This document shows positions 18,322 to 28,385 of a stretch of 57,656 nt of DNA, one piece after another; the stretch's first letter is position 1, and each line of letters starts with the position of its first letter. The notes under the pieces are model-generated. The model ran no database searches, was not told where the DNA came from, and saw only the letters and a list, made by a program, of their open reading frames with translations. Where the stretch lies: the NCBI GenBank assembly GCA_020848515.1, contig JADLIA010000021.1, positions 1-57,656 on the forward strand, in the 5' to 3' direction. A program made the position numbers and the translations under genes. Source of the stretch: Rubrivivax sp. (GTDB lineage: Bacteria > Pseudomonadota > Gammaproteobacteria > Burkholderiales > Burkholderiaceae_C).

Positions 18322-21164
18322 GCCAGCGGCTCCACCCGCACCGCGCAGTACTTGAACTCGGGGATCTTGCCAAAGGGGTCGAGCGCGGCGTTGGTCAGCA
18401 GGTTGGCGGCGGCTTCGCGAAAGGCGAAGGGGATGAACACGCCGCCCACCGGCGTGCCGTCGTCGCGCCGCGCCGTCAGGCAGACCCGGCCGCGGCGTGA
18501 GCTCACGCGCACCAGCTCGCCCGCCACCAGGCCCAGCCGCGCCAGATCGTCGCCGTGCATGGACACGGTGGGCGCGGGCTCCAGCGCATCCAGCACGACG
18601 GCGCGGCGCGTCATGGCGCCGGTGTGCCAGTGCTCGAGCTGGCGGCCGGTGATCAGCACCATGGGGTAGTCGGCGTCGGGGCGCTCGTCGGGCGCGATGA
18701 TGTCGGCCGGCACCAGTTGCACGCGGCCGTTGGGCGTGGGCACGCGCTCGGTGAAGACGATCGGCTGGCCGGGGTCGTCCTCGCTCAGGCAGGGGTAGGT
18801 GACGCTGGATTCGCGCACCAGCCGGTCCCAGCCGATGCCGGCGATGGCGCCGTGCATGGCGCGGCGCATTTCTTCATAGACCGCCGCGACGCCGTGCGGT
18901 TCTTCAAGGAAAAACGGCCCCTGGCGCTTGTCTGGCAAGCGCGAGCAGCTATCGTTTTCATAGTTCCAGGGCAACCCCAGGCGCTGCGCCAGCTGCTGGA
19001 TGATCCACAGGTCGGCGCGTGCTTCACCCGGCGGCGCCAGCGCTTGCCGGCCCAGCTGCACCATGCGGTCGGTGTTGCTGACGCTGCCGGTCTTTTCGGG
19101 CCAGGCGCTGGCGGGCAGCACCACGTCGGCCAGCCAGGCGGTCTCGGTCAGGAAGATGTCCTGCACCACCAGGTGCGACAGGCTGGCCAGGGCGTGGCGC
19201 GTGTGGTTCAGGTCGGGGTCGCTCATGGCCGGGTTTTCGCCCATGATGTACATGCCGCGCACCTTGTGCGGGTCGTCGTCGGCGGCCAGCGCCTGGCGCA
19301 TGATTTCGACCACGGTGTAGCCGGGTTCGGGGTCCAGCGGCTGGCCCCAGAAGTCCTCGAACCAGGTGCGCGCATCGGGGCTGTCCACGCGCTGGTAGTT
19401 GGGGTACATCATGGGGATCAGGCCGGCGTCGCTGGCGCCCTGCACGTTGTTCTGGCCGCGCAGCGGGTGCAGGCCGGTGCCGGGGCGCCCGAGCTGGCCG
19501 GTGCAGGTGGCCAGCGCGATCAGGCAGCGCGCGTTGTCGGTACCGTGCACGTGCTGGCTCACGCCCATGCCCCACAGGATCATGGCCGAGCGCGCCGTGG
19601 CATAGGCGCGCGCCACCTCGCGCAGGGTTTCGGCCGGGATGCCGCAGATCGGCGCCATGGCCTCGGGGCTGTAGCCCTGCACGTTGGCGGCCAGCGCGGC
19701 GAAGTGGTCGGCGCGCTGGCGCAGGAACGATTCGTTGCACAACCCCTCGGTAACGATGACGTGCAGCAGGGCGTTGAGCAGCGCCACGTCGCTGCCGGGG
19801 CGAAACTGCAGCACGCGCCAGCAGTGGCGCGCGATGTCGGTGGCGCGCGGGTCGGCCAGCACGATGCGGGTGCCGCGCCGGGCGGCGTTTTTCATCCAGC
19901 TGGCGGCCACCGGGTGGTTGGCGGTGGGATTGGCGCCGATGACGAGGATCAGCTCGGCGTGTTCGACATCGCGCACCGGGTTGCTGACCGCGCCCGAGCC
20001 CACGCCCTCCAGCAGCGCCGCCACGCTGCTGGCGTGGCACAGCCGGGTGCAGTGGTCGACGTTGTTGCTGCCAAAGCCGGTGCGCACCAGCTTCTGGAAC
20101 AGATAGGCCTCTTCGTTCGTGCCCTTGGCGCTGCCGAAGCCTGCCAGCGCCCTGGGGCCGTGCCGCGACTTGAGCGCGCGCAGCCCGCCGGCGGCCGCGT
20201 CCAGCGCCTCGTCCCAGCTGGCTTCGCGAAACACCGTGCGCCAGTCGGGCGGCTGCTGACAGTGCGCCGGGTCCTTGGGCACGCCGGCGATGCGGATCAG
20301 CGGGCGCGTCAGCCGGTCGGGGCTGGCGGCGTAGTCAAAGCCGAAGCGGCCCTTGACGCACAGCCTTCCGGCGTTGGCGGGCCCATTGCGGCCGCTCACG
20401 CTGACGATCTTTTCATCGCGCACGTGGTAGGTGATCTGGCAGCCGACGCCGCAGAACGGGCAGACCGAATCGACGCTGCGGTCCACCCGCTGCGGGCCGA
20501 TGTGGGTCTTGGGCATGAGCGCGCCGGTGGGGCAGGCCTGCACGCATTCGCCGCAGGCCACGCAGCTGCTGGCGCCCATGGCGTCGTCCAGGTCGAACAC
20601 GATGCGCGCCTCGGCGCCGCGGCCGGCCAGGCCGATCACGTCGTTGACCTGCGCCTCGCGGCAGGCGCGCACGCAGCGCGTGCACTGGATGCAGGCGTCC
20701 AGGTTGACCGCCATGGCGGGGTGGCTGAGGTCGGGGGTGGGCCGTGGGCGCTGCAAATTTTGTAGCTGCTGGCGCACACCCACCTTGCGCTGGCTGGCCC
20801 ACTGGCTCAGCTCGCCATGGGGCTGCGTGGCGTCATCGTCCAGCCACTTGAAACCGGCCGCGGGCAGCTCGGCCAGCAGCAGCTCCAGCACCATATCCTG
20901 GGCGCGGCGCGCTCGCTCGCTGGCGGCGCGCACCTTCATGCCCGGCTGCACGGCGCGGCAGCAACTGGGCGCCAGCGTGCGCTCGCCGTCCACCTCGACC
21001 ACGCAGGCGCGGCAGTTGCCGTCGGCGCGCAGGCCGTCCGTGAAGCACAGGCGCGGGATTTGCACGCCGTGGCGCTCGGCGGCCTTCAGGATGGTTTCGC
21101 CCTCGAAGGCGGTGGCGGGCTGGCCGTCGAGTTCGAAAGCAATGCAAGCGAGTGCCGGCGTCAT
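18318..21164 (-). CDS. Formate dehydrogenase alpha subunit (Mo/W-bisPGD, Cys-ligated, N-terminal Fe-S domains)
   Basis: N-terminal 2Fe-2S and 2x4Fe-4S motifs, CPFCGVGC, LCVKGRFG, DHCTRLCH, LRGQNNVQG, IPEFK; ATGA overlap with beta subunit. Confidence 0.95.
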   Translation of the reverse strand: MTPALACIAFELDGQPATAFEGETILKAAERHGVQIPRLCFTDGLRADGNCRACVVEVDGERTLAPSCCRAVQPGMKVRAASERARRAQDMVLELLLAELPAAGFKWLDDDATQPHGELSQWASQRKVGVRQQLQNLQRPRPTPDLSHPAMAVNLDACIQCTRCVRACREAQVNDVIGLAGRGAEARIVFDLDDAMGASSCVACGECVQACPTGALMPKTHIGPQRVDRSVDSVCPFCGVGCQITYHVRDEKIVSVSGRNGPANAGRLCVKGRFGFDYAASPDRLTRPLIRIAGVPKDPAHCQQPPDWRTVFREASWDEALDAAAGGLRALKSRHGPRALAGFGSAKGTNEEAYLFQKLVRTGFGSNNVDHCTRLCHASSVAALLEGVGSGAVSNPVRDVEHAELILVIGANPTANHPVAASWMKNAARRGTRIVLADPRATDIARHCWRVLQFRPGSDVALLNALLHVIVTEGLCNESFLRQRADHFAALAANVQGYSPEAMAPICGIPAETLREVARAYATARSAMILWGMGVSQHVHGTDNARCLIALATCTGQLGRPGTGLHPLRGQNNVQGASDAGLIPMMYPNYQRVDSPDARTWFEDFWGQPLDPEPGYTVVEIMRQALAADDDPHKVRGMYIMGENPAMSDPDLNHTRHALASLSHLVVQDIFLTETAWLADVVLPASAWPEKTGSVSNTDRMVQLGRQALAPPGEARADLWIIQQLAQRLGLPWNYENDSCSRLPDKRQGPFFLEEPHGVAAVYEEMRRAMHGAIAGIGWDRLVRESSVTYPCLSEDDPGQPIVFTERVPTPNGRVQLVPADIIAPDERPDADYPMVLITGRQLEHWHTGAMTRRAVVLDALEPAPTVSMHGDDLARLGLVAGELVRVSSRRGRVCLTARRDDGTPVGGVFIPFAFREAAANLLTNAALDPFGKIPEFKYCAVRVEPLA
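18924..18964 (+). repeat. Dispersed 41-bp motif copy 6 (inside FDH alpha, antisense to gene)
   Basis: ttcaaggaaaaacggcccctg GCGC ttgtctggcaa GCGC gagca GCTA tcgttttca TAGT. Confidence 0.92.
20750..20790 (-). repeat. Dispersed 41-bp motif copy 7 (inside FDH alpha)
   Basis: Minus strand: GCGC aaggtgggtgt GCGC cagca GCTA caaaatttg CAGC. Confidence 0.85.
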
Positions 21165-22969
21165 GCCTCCACCTCGTGCGCAAAGTAGCGTTGCACGCAC
21201 TGCATGGGGTTGGGCGCGGCCTGGCCCAGGCCGCAGATGCTGGCGTCCTGCATCACCTGGCTCAGATCAGTCAGGGTGGCCGCGTCCCACACCGGCGCTT
21301 CCATCAAGCGGGCCGCCTTGGCAGTGCCCACCCGGCAGGGCGTGCACTGGCCGCAGCTCTCGGCGGCAAAAAACCGCATCATGTTCAGCGCCGCGTCACG
21401 CGCCTTGTCGTGCTGGCTGAGCACGATCACGCCCGCGCTGCCGATGAAGCCGCCGTGCGGCTGCAGCGTGTCGAAGTCCAGCGGCACGTCGGCCAGCCGG
21501 GCCGGAAAGATGCCGCCCGAGGCGCCGCCGGGCAGGAAGGCGTACAGCTCATGCCCGTCCAGCATGCCGCCGCAGTATTCGTCCACCAGCTCGCGCAGCG
21601 TGATGCCGGCCGGCGCCCACTTGACGCCGGGCTGCCGCACCCGCCCGCTGACGCTGAACGAACGCATGCCCTGGCGGCCGTGGCGCCCCTGCGCGGCAAA
21701 CCAGTCGGGGCCGCGCTGCAGGATGTCGCGCAGCCAGTACAGGGTCTCGAAGTTGTGCTCCAGCGTGGGCCGGCCAAACAGCCCCACCTGGGCGATGTAG
21801 GGCGGGCGCAGGCGCGGCTGGCCGCGCTTGCCCTCGATGCTCTCCAGCATCGCCGATTCTTCGCCGCAGATATAGGCGCCCGCGCCGCGCCGCAGCTCGG
21901 TCGGCGGCAGCAGCTCGCGCAGCCCGGGCGCAGCGCGCAGGTCGGCCAGCGCCTGCGTCAGGATGGTGCGGCATTCGGGGTATTCGTCGCGCAGGTAGAT
22001 GTACACGCCCTGCACCCCCACCACCTGCGCGGCGATCAGCAGACCTTCCAGAAAGCGGTGCGGGTCGCGCTCCAGGTACCAGCGGTCCTTGAAGGTGCCG
22101 GGCTCGCCTTCATCAATGTTGATCGCCAGATATGTCATGCCCCCACGCTCGCCCGCTGCGCGTGGTCCGCTGCCCCCCGAGGGGGCCGCCGCCTCGCTTG
22201 GGGCGGCCCGGCGCTCGGCGGAGCGGGCCAAGTCGCGCACGATGCGCCACTTGCGCCCGGCGGGAAAGCCGGCGCCGCCCAGGCCGCGCAGGCCGGCGTG
22301 CTCGAGCGCGGCGATGATGGCCTCGTGGCCCGGCTCGCCGCGCGCCACGGCCTGCGCCAGGGTGTAGCCGCCAGCTTGCGTGTAGGCGTCAAACACTATT
22401 GGTTTTATAGCTGTTGGCGCAGGACCATCAAGCGCCAGAGCCCGATTTGATGCCTGAACCAGCCGCTCGGCGCTGGCCTGCCCCACGCCATGCGGTCCCA
22501 CCAGCGCGGCCGGCGCCTGCTCGCAGCGGCCGATGCAGGGGGCGGCCAGCACCTGCACCTCGGCGCCCAGCAGCTCGCGCGTGCGCGCCAGCAAGGCATC
22601 GGCACCGGCCAGCTGGCAGCTCAGCGATGTGCACACCCGCACCGTCAGACGTGGTGCGGCCTCGCCATCCTTGCGCACTTCGAAGTGATGGTAGAAGCTG
22701 GCGACCTCGTACACCTCGGCCATCGACAGGCGCATTTCGGCCGCCAGCGCCACCAGGTGGCGCTCGAACAGGCCGTGGTAGCGATCGTTCAGCCGGTGCA
22801 GGTGCTCGATCAGCAGGTCGCGCCGGTGGCCGTCGGGGCCGGGCGTGCCGATCAGGGCGCGCACCTCGTCGCGCGCACCGGCCTCGGGCTGGCGGCCCTT
22901 GAGCCGGTCGCGCGCACGCCGACGCTGAGGTTCAGGCTGGGGCTGGGCGGCAGGGCGGGTGTCGGTCAT
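21161..22969 (-). CDS. Formate dehydrogenase beta subunit (fused NuoE-like 2Fe-2S + NuoF-like FMN/NADH domain)
   Basis: EVASFY, CTSLSC, CIGRC, LRGLGGAGFP, DEGEPGTFKDR, YICGEESA, ESCGQCTPCRVG. Confidence 0.93.
   Translation of the reverse strand: MTDTRPAAQPQPEPQRRRARDRLKGRQPEAGARDEVRALIGTPGPDGHRRDLLIEHLHRLNDRYHGLFERHLVALAAEMRLSMAEVYEVASFYHHFEVRKDGEAAPRLTVRVCTSLSCQLAGADALLARTRELLGAEVQVLAAPCIGRCEQAPAALVGPHGVGQASAERLVQASNRALALDGPAPTAIKPIVFDAYTQAGGYTLAQAVARGEPGHEAIIAALEHAGLRGLGGAGFPAGRKWRIVRDLARSAERRAAPSEAAAPSGGSGPRAAGERGGMTYLAINIDEGEPGTFKDRWYLERDPHRFLEGLLIAAQVVGVQGVYIYLRDEYPECRTILTQALADLRAAPGLRELLPPTELRRGAGAYICGEESAMLESIEGKRGQPRLRPPYIAQVGLFGRPTLEHNFETLYWLRDILQRGPDWFAAQGRHGRQGMRSFSVSGRVRQPGVKWAPAGITLRELVDEYCGGMLDGHELYAFLPGGASGGIFPARLADVPLDFDTLQPHGGFIGSAGVIVLSQHDKARDAALNMMRFFAAESCGQCTPCRVGTAKAARLMEAPVWDAATLTDLSQVMQDASICGLGQAAPNPMQCVQRYFAHEVEA
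22140..22222. repeat. GC-rich palindromic element in frame within FDH beta subunit
   Basis: CCCCCACGCTC...GCCCCCCGAGGGGGC...TTGGGGCGGCCCGGCG; encodes low-complexity RAAPSEAAAPSGGSGPRAAGERGG where NuoF proteins have a short loop. Single copy in window; repeat status inferred. Confidence 0.65.
22395..22435 (-). repeat. Dispersed 41-bp motif copy 8 (inside FDH beta linker)
   Basis: Minus strand: ttcaggcatcaaatcgggctctg GCGC ttgatggtcct GCGC caaca GCTA taaaaccaa TAGT. Confidence 0.92.
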
Positions 22970-23147
22970 GGCTGCGGGCATTGTGCAGCGCCGCGTCGCA
23001 TGGCGAAAGCCCGAGGAAAGCCCGAGCCCAACGCCCTGCGGTCGCGCTCCGTACGCGAACCGGTCTCATTCCGAAAATCCCTGCACTGAACACAGTTGAA
23101 CGCGCTCCTAGAATGGCTGGGCCATCGCCACCCACAAGGAGAACGCC

Positions 23148-23624
23148 ATGCAAGGCGACGCCAAAGTCATTGCCCACCTGCAGGCTCAGCTGAAGAACGA
23201 GCTGACCGCCATCAACCAGTACTTCCTGCACCACCGCATGCTCAAGCACTGGGGCCTGGAGCGCCTGGCCAGGAAGGAATATGAAGAATCCATCGGCGAA
23301 ATGAAGCACGCCGACCGCCTGATGGACCGCATCCTGATGCTCGATGGCCTGCCCAACTTGCAGGACCTGGGCAAGCTGATGGTGGGCGAGAACGTGCCCG
23401 AAATCCTGCGCTGCGACCTCAAGCTCGAGCAAGCGGCGCAGGCCACCATCAAGGACGGCATCGCCCATTGCGAGAGCGTGCGCGACTACGTCTCGCGCGA
23501 TCTGCTGCAGGACATCCTGGACGACACCGAAGAGCACATCGACTTTCTGGAAACCCAGATCGAGCTGCTGGACAAGGTCGGCCTGCAGAACTACCTGCAA
23601 AGCCAGATGGGTGCGCCAAGCTGA
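23148..23624 (+). CDS. bfr: Bacterioferritin (heme-ligand Met52 present)
   Basis: [12 protein letters not shown], [11 protein letters not shown], [14 protein letters not shown]; AAGGAG RBS. Confidence 0.97.
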   Translation: MQGDAKVIAHLQAQLKNELTAINQYFLHHRMLKHWGLERLARKEYEESIGEMKHADRLMDRILMLDGLPNLQDLGKLMVGENVPEILRCDLKLEQAAQATIKDGIAHCESVRDYVSRDLLQDILDDTEEHIDFLETQIELLDKVGLQNYLQSQMGAPS

Positions 23625-23650
23625 GGCGCGCCGCCACCGACCGCACAGAC

Positions 23651-23672
23651 AGGGGCCGCAAGGCCCCTTTTT
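23651..23672 (+). terminator. Rho-independent terminator of bfr
   Basis: AGGGGCC-GCAA-GGCCCCT-TTTT. Confidence 0.88.
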
Positions 23673-23701
23673 CGTGCCCGTCGTTGATCTGCAACAAATT
23701 G

Positions 23702-23720
23702 AATGACAATGATTATCATT
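23702..23720. promoter_or_regulatory. Fur box
   Basis: TGACAAT-G-ATTATCA, 13/14 match to the 7-1-7 consensus TGATAAT-N-ATTATCA, upstream of TonB-dependent receptor. Confidence 0.88.
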
Positions 23721-23842
23721 TTGCTTAAGATCAACAGCTTCATTGCAAGCCAGCGAACGGCCTCGGAAAGCCACCCTCCCGTCTTTCCGCCCCGGCCCAG
23801 GTAGCCAGCACTTCTCCGTTTTCGTTTTCTGCTGAGTACCCC

Positions 23843-26131
23843 ATGCCGCCCATCCGTTCGAAATCCAAAGCAAAAAAGCCAGAATCTCTGATCCAGCAAG
23901 CGCCGAATGCTCCTGTTTTTGAAGCCGACAGCACCCCGCTGCTGCCCCTGGGGGCGATGCTGCTGGCCGGCTCGCTGAGCACCGCCGCGCTGGCCCAGAC
24001 GCCCGCCAGCGCCCCGGTGGCCGGCACCCTGGGCACCGTCACCGTGCGCGACAGCGCCACCACCGATGGCGCCGCCACCACCAGCAAGTCACAGCTGCGC
24101 GCCACCCGCACCGAGATCGGCAAGGGCAATCAGGAGCTGCGCGACATTCCGCAAAGCGTCACGGTGATGACCGAGCGGCTGATCCAGGACCGCAACCTGG
24201 ACGATTTCCGCGACGTGCTGCGCGCCACCGCCGGCGTCACCTTCCAGGCCGGCGAAACCGGCGAGGAAGACGTGCGCCTGCGCGGCTTCTCGCTCGGCCA
24301 GGCCGGCGACATCTACCGCGACGGCATGCGCGACGCGCCGCTGTACGAGCGCGACACCTTCAACGACGATCGGGTCGAAGTCATCAAGGGCTCGGCCTCG
24401 ATGCTGTTCGGCAAGGGTTCGACCGGCGGCGTGGTCAACCAGGTCAGCAAACAGCCCTTCCTGATGAACCAGCACGAAGCCAGCGTGACCGCCGGCACCG
24501 GCCGCATGGGCCGGGTGCAGGGCGACTTCAACTGGCAGACCGGCCAGGACTCGGCCTTCCGGCTCAACGCCATGGCCCACGACGCCAGCAACTGGGGCGC
24601 CAGGCAGCGCAAGATCGGCGTGGCGCCCACCTTCCGCTGGGGCATCGGCACGCGCGACGAATTCACGGTCGGCTTCTACCACCTGGACATCGACGGCCGG
24701 CCCAACTACGCCCATCCCTGGATCATCGGCGCCGACGGCACCATCCACCCCACGCTGCCGGCCAAGAACTTCTACGGCCTGAAGAACGACCATCTGGACA
24801 CCAGCGCCACCTACGCCACGCTGGGCCACACGCACCGCTTCGACCACGGCGGCGAGCTCAAGACCCGCCTGCGTGCCGGCCGCTACGAGCGCGACCTGCT
24901 GGGCAGCCCGATCGGTTTTGCCCAGCCGCGCCCGACCGCGCTGAGCGACATCACCGCATCCACCGTGCTCACCCGCAGCTCCAAGGGCCGCATCGGCAAG
25001 AGCGACGTGGTGATGCTGCAAAGCGACTACAGCCACAGCTTCGAGCTGGGCGGACGCAAGCACAGCCTGATCACCGGCATCGACGTCTACGACGAAAGCG
25101 CCAAGCGCAACAACAACTACCCGCTGCCCAACACCCCGGCGCGCCCCAACACCACCGTGGGCACGCCCAACGACGGCGCCTGGGTGACCGACACCCGCGT
25201 CACGCCGGTGCCCTACAACAGCTTCGACTCGCGCAGCATCGGCGCCTACCTGCAGGACACCGTCTCGCTCACCGACACCGTCAAGCTGGTCGGCGGTCTG
25301 CGCTTCGATCACTTCAAGGGCTCGTACCGCAACGCCGACGGCTCGCTCAGCAACGCGCGCACCGACAACCTGTGGAGCCCGCGCCTGGGTCTGCTCTACC
25401 AGCCCGACGAGGCGTCGTCCTACTACATCTCCTACGGCACCTCGTTCAACACCTCGGGCGACGCCTATCAGTACGGCGTGCTGATCAACCCCAACACCGG
25501 CCGCTCGGCCAAGACCCCGCCCGAAAAGAGCCGCAACATCGAAATCGGCGGCAAGTGGGACCTGTTCGACAAGCGCATGCTGGCCGGCGCCGCCCTGTTC
25601 TACAGCGAGAAGTACAACGAGCGCAACACCGACCCCGACACCGCCGCCACGCAGGAGCTGCTGTCCGGCAAGCGCCACGCCGCCGGCATGGAATTCAACC
25701 TGGCGGGCCGCATCACGCCGGCCTGGGAACTGTTCTGGAACCACACCTGGATCCCGAAAGCCAAGATCGACAAGAGCAACGTGGTGCTGAACCCCGCCGG
25801 CACCGGCGCGCAGGTGCAGGGCGACCGCCCGGGCCTGACGCCGCGCCACAGCGGCAGCGTCTGGACCACCTACCGCGTGATGCCGCAACTGCGCCTGGGG
25901 CTGGGCGCCAACTACCGCAGCAGCCAGAACCCGGAAGGTCAGCGCACCCTGAAGGCCAAGGGCTTCGTCACCTTCGACGCCATGGCCGAATACAGCTTCA
26001 CCGAAGCCACCACGCTCAAGCTCAGCGTCACCAACCTGAGCAACAAGCTGTACGCCGACGGGCTGTACCGGGGCTTCTACCAACCGGGCGCGCCACGCCG
26101 GGTGGAGCTGACGCTCAAGCACCTGTTCTGA
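23843..26131 (+). CDS. TonB-dependent siderophore receptor (Fiu/PiuA-like)
   Basis: Signal peptide, LRDIPQSVTV plug, RVEVIKGSASMLFG, C-terminal Phe; Fur box and downstream PKHD hydroxylase. Confidence 0.94.
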   Translation: MPPIRSKSKAKKPESLIQQAPNAPVFEADSTPLLPLGAMLLAGSLSTAALAQTPASAPVAGTLGTVTVRDSATTDGAATTSKSQLRATRTEIGKGNQELRDIPQSVTVMTERLIQDRNLDDFRDVLRATAGVTFQAGETGEEDVRLRGFSLGQAGDIYRDGMRDAPLYERDTFNDDRVEVIKGSASMLFGKGSTGGVVNQVSKQPFLMNQHEASVTAGTGRMGRVQGDFNWQTGQDSAFRLNAMAHDASNWGARQRKIGVAPTFRWGIGTRDEFTVGFYHLDIDGRPNYAHPWIIGADGTIHPTLPAKNFYGLKNDHLDTSATYATLGHTHRFDHGGELKTRLRAGRYERDLLGSPIGFAQPRPTALSDITASTVLTRSSKGRIGKSDVVMLQSDYSHSFELGGRKHSLITGIDVYDESAKRNNNYPLPNTPARPNTTVGTPNDGAWVTDTRVTPVPYNSFDSRSIGAYLQDTVSLTDTVKLVGGLRFDHFKGSYRNADGSLSNARTDNLWSPRLGLLYQPDEASSYYISYGTSFNTSGDAYQYGVLINPNTGRSAKTPPEKSRNIEIGGKWDLFDKRMLAGAALFYSEKYNERNTDPDTAATQELLSGKRHAAGMEFNLAGRITPAWELFWNHTWIPKAKIDKSNVVLNPAGTGAQVQGDRPGLTPRHSGSVWTTYRVMPQLRLGLGANYRSSQNPEGQRTLKAKGFVTFDAMAEYSFTEATTLKLSVTNLSNKLYADGLYRGFYQPGAPRRVELTLKHLF
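23885..23925 (+). repeat. Dispersed 41-bp motif copy 9 (inside receptor signal-peptide n-region, degenerate)
   Basis: tgatccagcaa GCGC cgaat GCTC ctgtttttg AAGC with upstream A-tracts. Confidence 0.65.
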
Positions 26132-26157
26132 TGGACTGACCACCACATCCAACCTGC

Positions 26158-26186
26158 ACAGCCGCCCTCGGGCGGCTGTCGTCTTT
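26158..26186 (+). terminator. Stem-loop / weak terminator between receptor and hydroxylase
   Basis: ACAGCCGCCC-TC-GGGCGGCTGT, short broken T tail. Confidence 0.5.
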
Positions 26187-26199
26187 GGCGGAATCTCCC

Positions 26200-26889
26200 A
26201 TGTTGATTCACCTCAAGAACCTGCTCAGCACCGACGAAGTGGCGCACGCGCGCCGTCTGCTGCTGGCCGACGACGCACCCTGGGTCGATGGCGCGCGCAG
26301 CGCCGGCGGCCAGGCCGTGCAGCGCAAGAGCAACCGCCAGCTGGCGCAGGACAGCCCCAGCGCGGCCACGCTGCGCGAGCTGGTGCTGGCGGCGCTGCGG
26401 CGCGACCCGGTGTTCTTCTCGGCGGCGCTGCCGCGCAGGATCTTCAACCCGCTGTTCAACCGCTACGAAGGCGTGGCCAACCACTACGGCCAGCATGTGG
26501 ATGGCGCCGTGCTGCACTCACAGACCAGCGGCGAATGGGTGCGCAGCGACCTTTCGTGCACCGTGTTCCTGACCGAGCCCGACGACTACGACGGCGGCGA
26601 GCTGGTGGTGCACGACACCTTCGGCCCGCAGGCCGTCAAGCTGCCGGCGGGCGACGCCGTGCTCTACCCCGGCACCAGCGTGCACGAGGTGCGCCCGGTC
26701 ACCCGGGGCGCGCGCATCGCCAGCTTTCTGTGGATCGAATCCATGGTGCGCGGCCAGGAGCAGCGCCGCCTGCTGTTCGAGATGGACATGGCGCTGCTGG
26801 CGCTGCGCCAGCGCCACGGCGAAACCGACGAGGCGATCCGCCTGACCGGCACCTACCACAACCTGCTGCGCATGTGGGCCAGCACCTGA
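26200..26889 (+). CDS. ybiX: PKHD-type Fe(II)/2-oxoglutarate hydroxylase (PiuC/YbiX)
   Basis: [35 protein letters not shown]. Confidence 0.93.
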   Translation: MLIHLKNLLSTDEVAHARRLLLADDAPWVDGARSAGGQAVQRKSNRQLAQDSPSAATLRELVLAALRRDPVFFSAALPRRIFNPLFNRYEGVANHYGQHVDGAVLHSQTSGEWVRSDLSCTVFLTEPDDYDGGELVVHDTFGPQAVKLPAGDAVLYPGTSVHEVRPVTRGARIASFLWIESMVRGQEQRRLLFEMDMALLALRQRHGETDEAIRLTGTYHNLLRMWAST

Positions 26890-26939
26890 GCGCGCGGCCC
26901 CGGGCGGGCCGCGCGGATGGAGCATCAAATCCGGCCTGA

Positions 26940-26980
26940 GGCAGCACCAGGCATGCGCCAGCAGCTACCGCATCAATAGC
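26940..26980 (+). repeat. Dispersed 41-bp motif copy 10 (intergenic, convergent genes; first arm degenerate)
   Basis: gcatcaaatccggcctgaggcagcaccaggcat GCGC cagca GCTA ccgcatcaa TAGC. Confidence 0.85.
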
Positions 26981-27032
26981 AATTCACGAGGCACCTGCGG
27001 CACCGCAGGGCGCTGCCGCAGCGGCCGCGTGG

Positions 27033-27788
27033 TCAAAAGTCCAGCAAGGGCGGCAGCACCTGGGCCGCGCCGCCGACCAGCCGCAGCTGGGCCAGCCCGT
27101 CCAGCTCGCTGGGGTGGGGATTGACGACGATCAGACGCGCCCCGGCGGCACGCGCCTGGTGCGCCAGCCCGGCCGCCGGATACACCGCGCCGGCGGTGCC
27201 GACCACCAGCATGGCGTCGCAGCGGCTGGCGGCCTGTTCGGCCTGCCGCAGCTGGTCTTCGGGCAGCAGCTCGCCGAACCAGACCACCGCCGGGCGCACC
27301 CAGTTGCCACACTGGGCGCAGCGCGGGGGGCGGCCAGGGTCGGCCCGCGCCACATCGCAGGCGGTCGGGCCGCGCCCCGCCGGGCAGGGATCGAGCCAGC
27401 GGTCGGCCGCCAGGCTGCCATGCAGCGCCAGCACGCCGGTGCTGCCGGCGCGCTGGTGCAGGCCGTCGACGTTCTGCGTGATCACCGTCAGCCGACCCGG
27501 GTGGCGGTGCTGAAATTCGGCCAGCGCCCGGTGGCCGGCGTTGGGTTGCACCTCGGCCAGGCTGGCGCGGCGCTCGGCGTACCAGTCCCACACGCGCTGA
27601 GGGTGGCGCCGAAAGGCGTCTTCGGTGGCCAGATCCTCCGGGCGCAAGTGCGCCCACAGGCCGGTCTGGGCGTCGCGGAAGGTGGGCACACCGGACTCGG
27701 CGCTGATGCCGGCGCCACTGAGCACGGCGATGTGCGCCGCCTCCTGCAGCAGCTGGCGGGCAGCCAGGATCGACGCGGACAGCGACAT
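27033..27788 (-). CDS. cobB: NAD-dependent protein deacylase (sirtuin)
   Basis: GAGISAESGVPTFR, TQNVDGLHQRAG, HGS, RPAVVWFGE. Confidence 0.95.
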   Translation of the reverse strand: MSLSASILAARQLLQEAAHIAVLSGAGISAESGVPTFRDAQTGLWAHLRPEDLATEDAFRRHPQRVWDWYAERRASLAEVQPNAGHRALAEFQHRHPGRLTVITQNVDGLHQRAGSTGVLALHGSLAADRWLDPCPAGRGPTACDVARADPGRPPRCAQCGNWVRPAVVWFGELLPEDQLRQAEQAASRCDAMLVVGTAGAVYPAAGLAHQARAAGARLIVVNPHPSELDGLAQLRLVGGAAQVLPPLLDF

Positions 27789-27794
27789 GGCGGT

Positions 27795-28385
27795 TCAGCG
27801 CCGGTCGACCAGCGCGTGGGCGATCGTGCCCAGGTCCACGTATTCGAGCTCGCTGCCGGCCGGCACGCCGCGCGCCAGCCGCGTCACGGCCAGGCCGCGG
27901 CTGCGCAGCGCCTGCCCGATCAGGTGCGCCGTGGCCTCGCCCTCGGCGGTGAAGTTGGTGGCCAGGATCACTTCGCGCACCACGCCGTCGCAGGCGCGCT
28001 CGATCAGCCGCTGCACGCCGATGTCGCGCGGGCCGATGCCGTCCAGCGGGCTGAGCCGGCCCATCAGCACGAAGTAGCGCCCGCGGAAGGCCCCGGTGCG
28101 CTCCAGCGCCGCCTGGTCGGCCGGGGTCTCGACCACCGCCAGCTGGCTGGCGTCGCGCCGCGGGTCGCTGCAGGTGGCGCACACCTCGGCCTCGGTGAAG
28201 GTGTGGCAGCGGGCGCAGTGACGCACCTGACCGACCGCCTCGTGCAGCGCCCGCGCCAGCTGCTGCGCGCCTTCGCGGTCGTGCTGCAGCAGGTGAAACG
28301 CCATGCGCTGCGCCGAGCGCTGGCCCACGCCCGGCAGGCGCCGCAGGGCCTGGATCAGGGTGTCGAGGCTGTGGGTGTCGCTCAT
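27795..28385 (-). CDS. recR: Recombination mediator RecR
   Basis: [11 protein letters not shown] HhH, C4 zinc finger, EGEATA Toprim. Confidence 0.97.
   Translation of the reverse strand: MSDTHSLDTLIQALRRLPGVGQRSAQRMAFHLLQHDREGAQQLARALHEAVGQVRHCARCHTFTEAEVCATCSDPRRDASQLAVVETPADQAALERTGAFRGRYFVLMGRLSPLDGIGPRDIGVQRLIERACDGVVREVILATNFTAEGEATAHLIGQALRSRGLAVTRLARGVPAGSELEYVDLGTIAHALVDRR

Noticed and set aside
20030-20060. Selenocysteine in formate dehydrogenase
   Set aside because: Active-site codon is TGC (Cys) and the frame has no internal TGA.
21130-21200. AT-shifted patch at the FDH alpha/beta junction as another motif copy
   Set aside because: Boxes and spacings do not fit the consensus.
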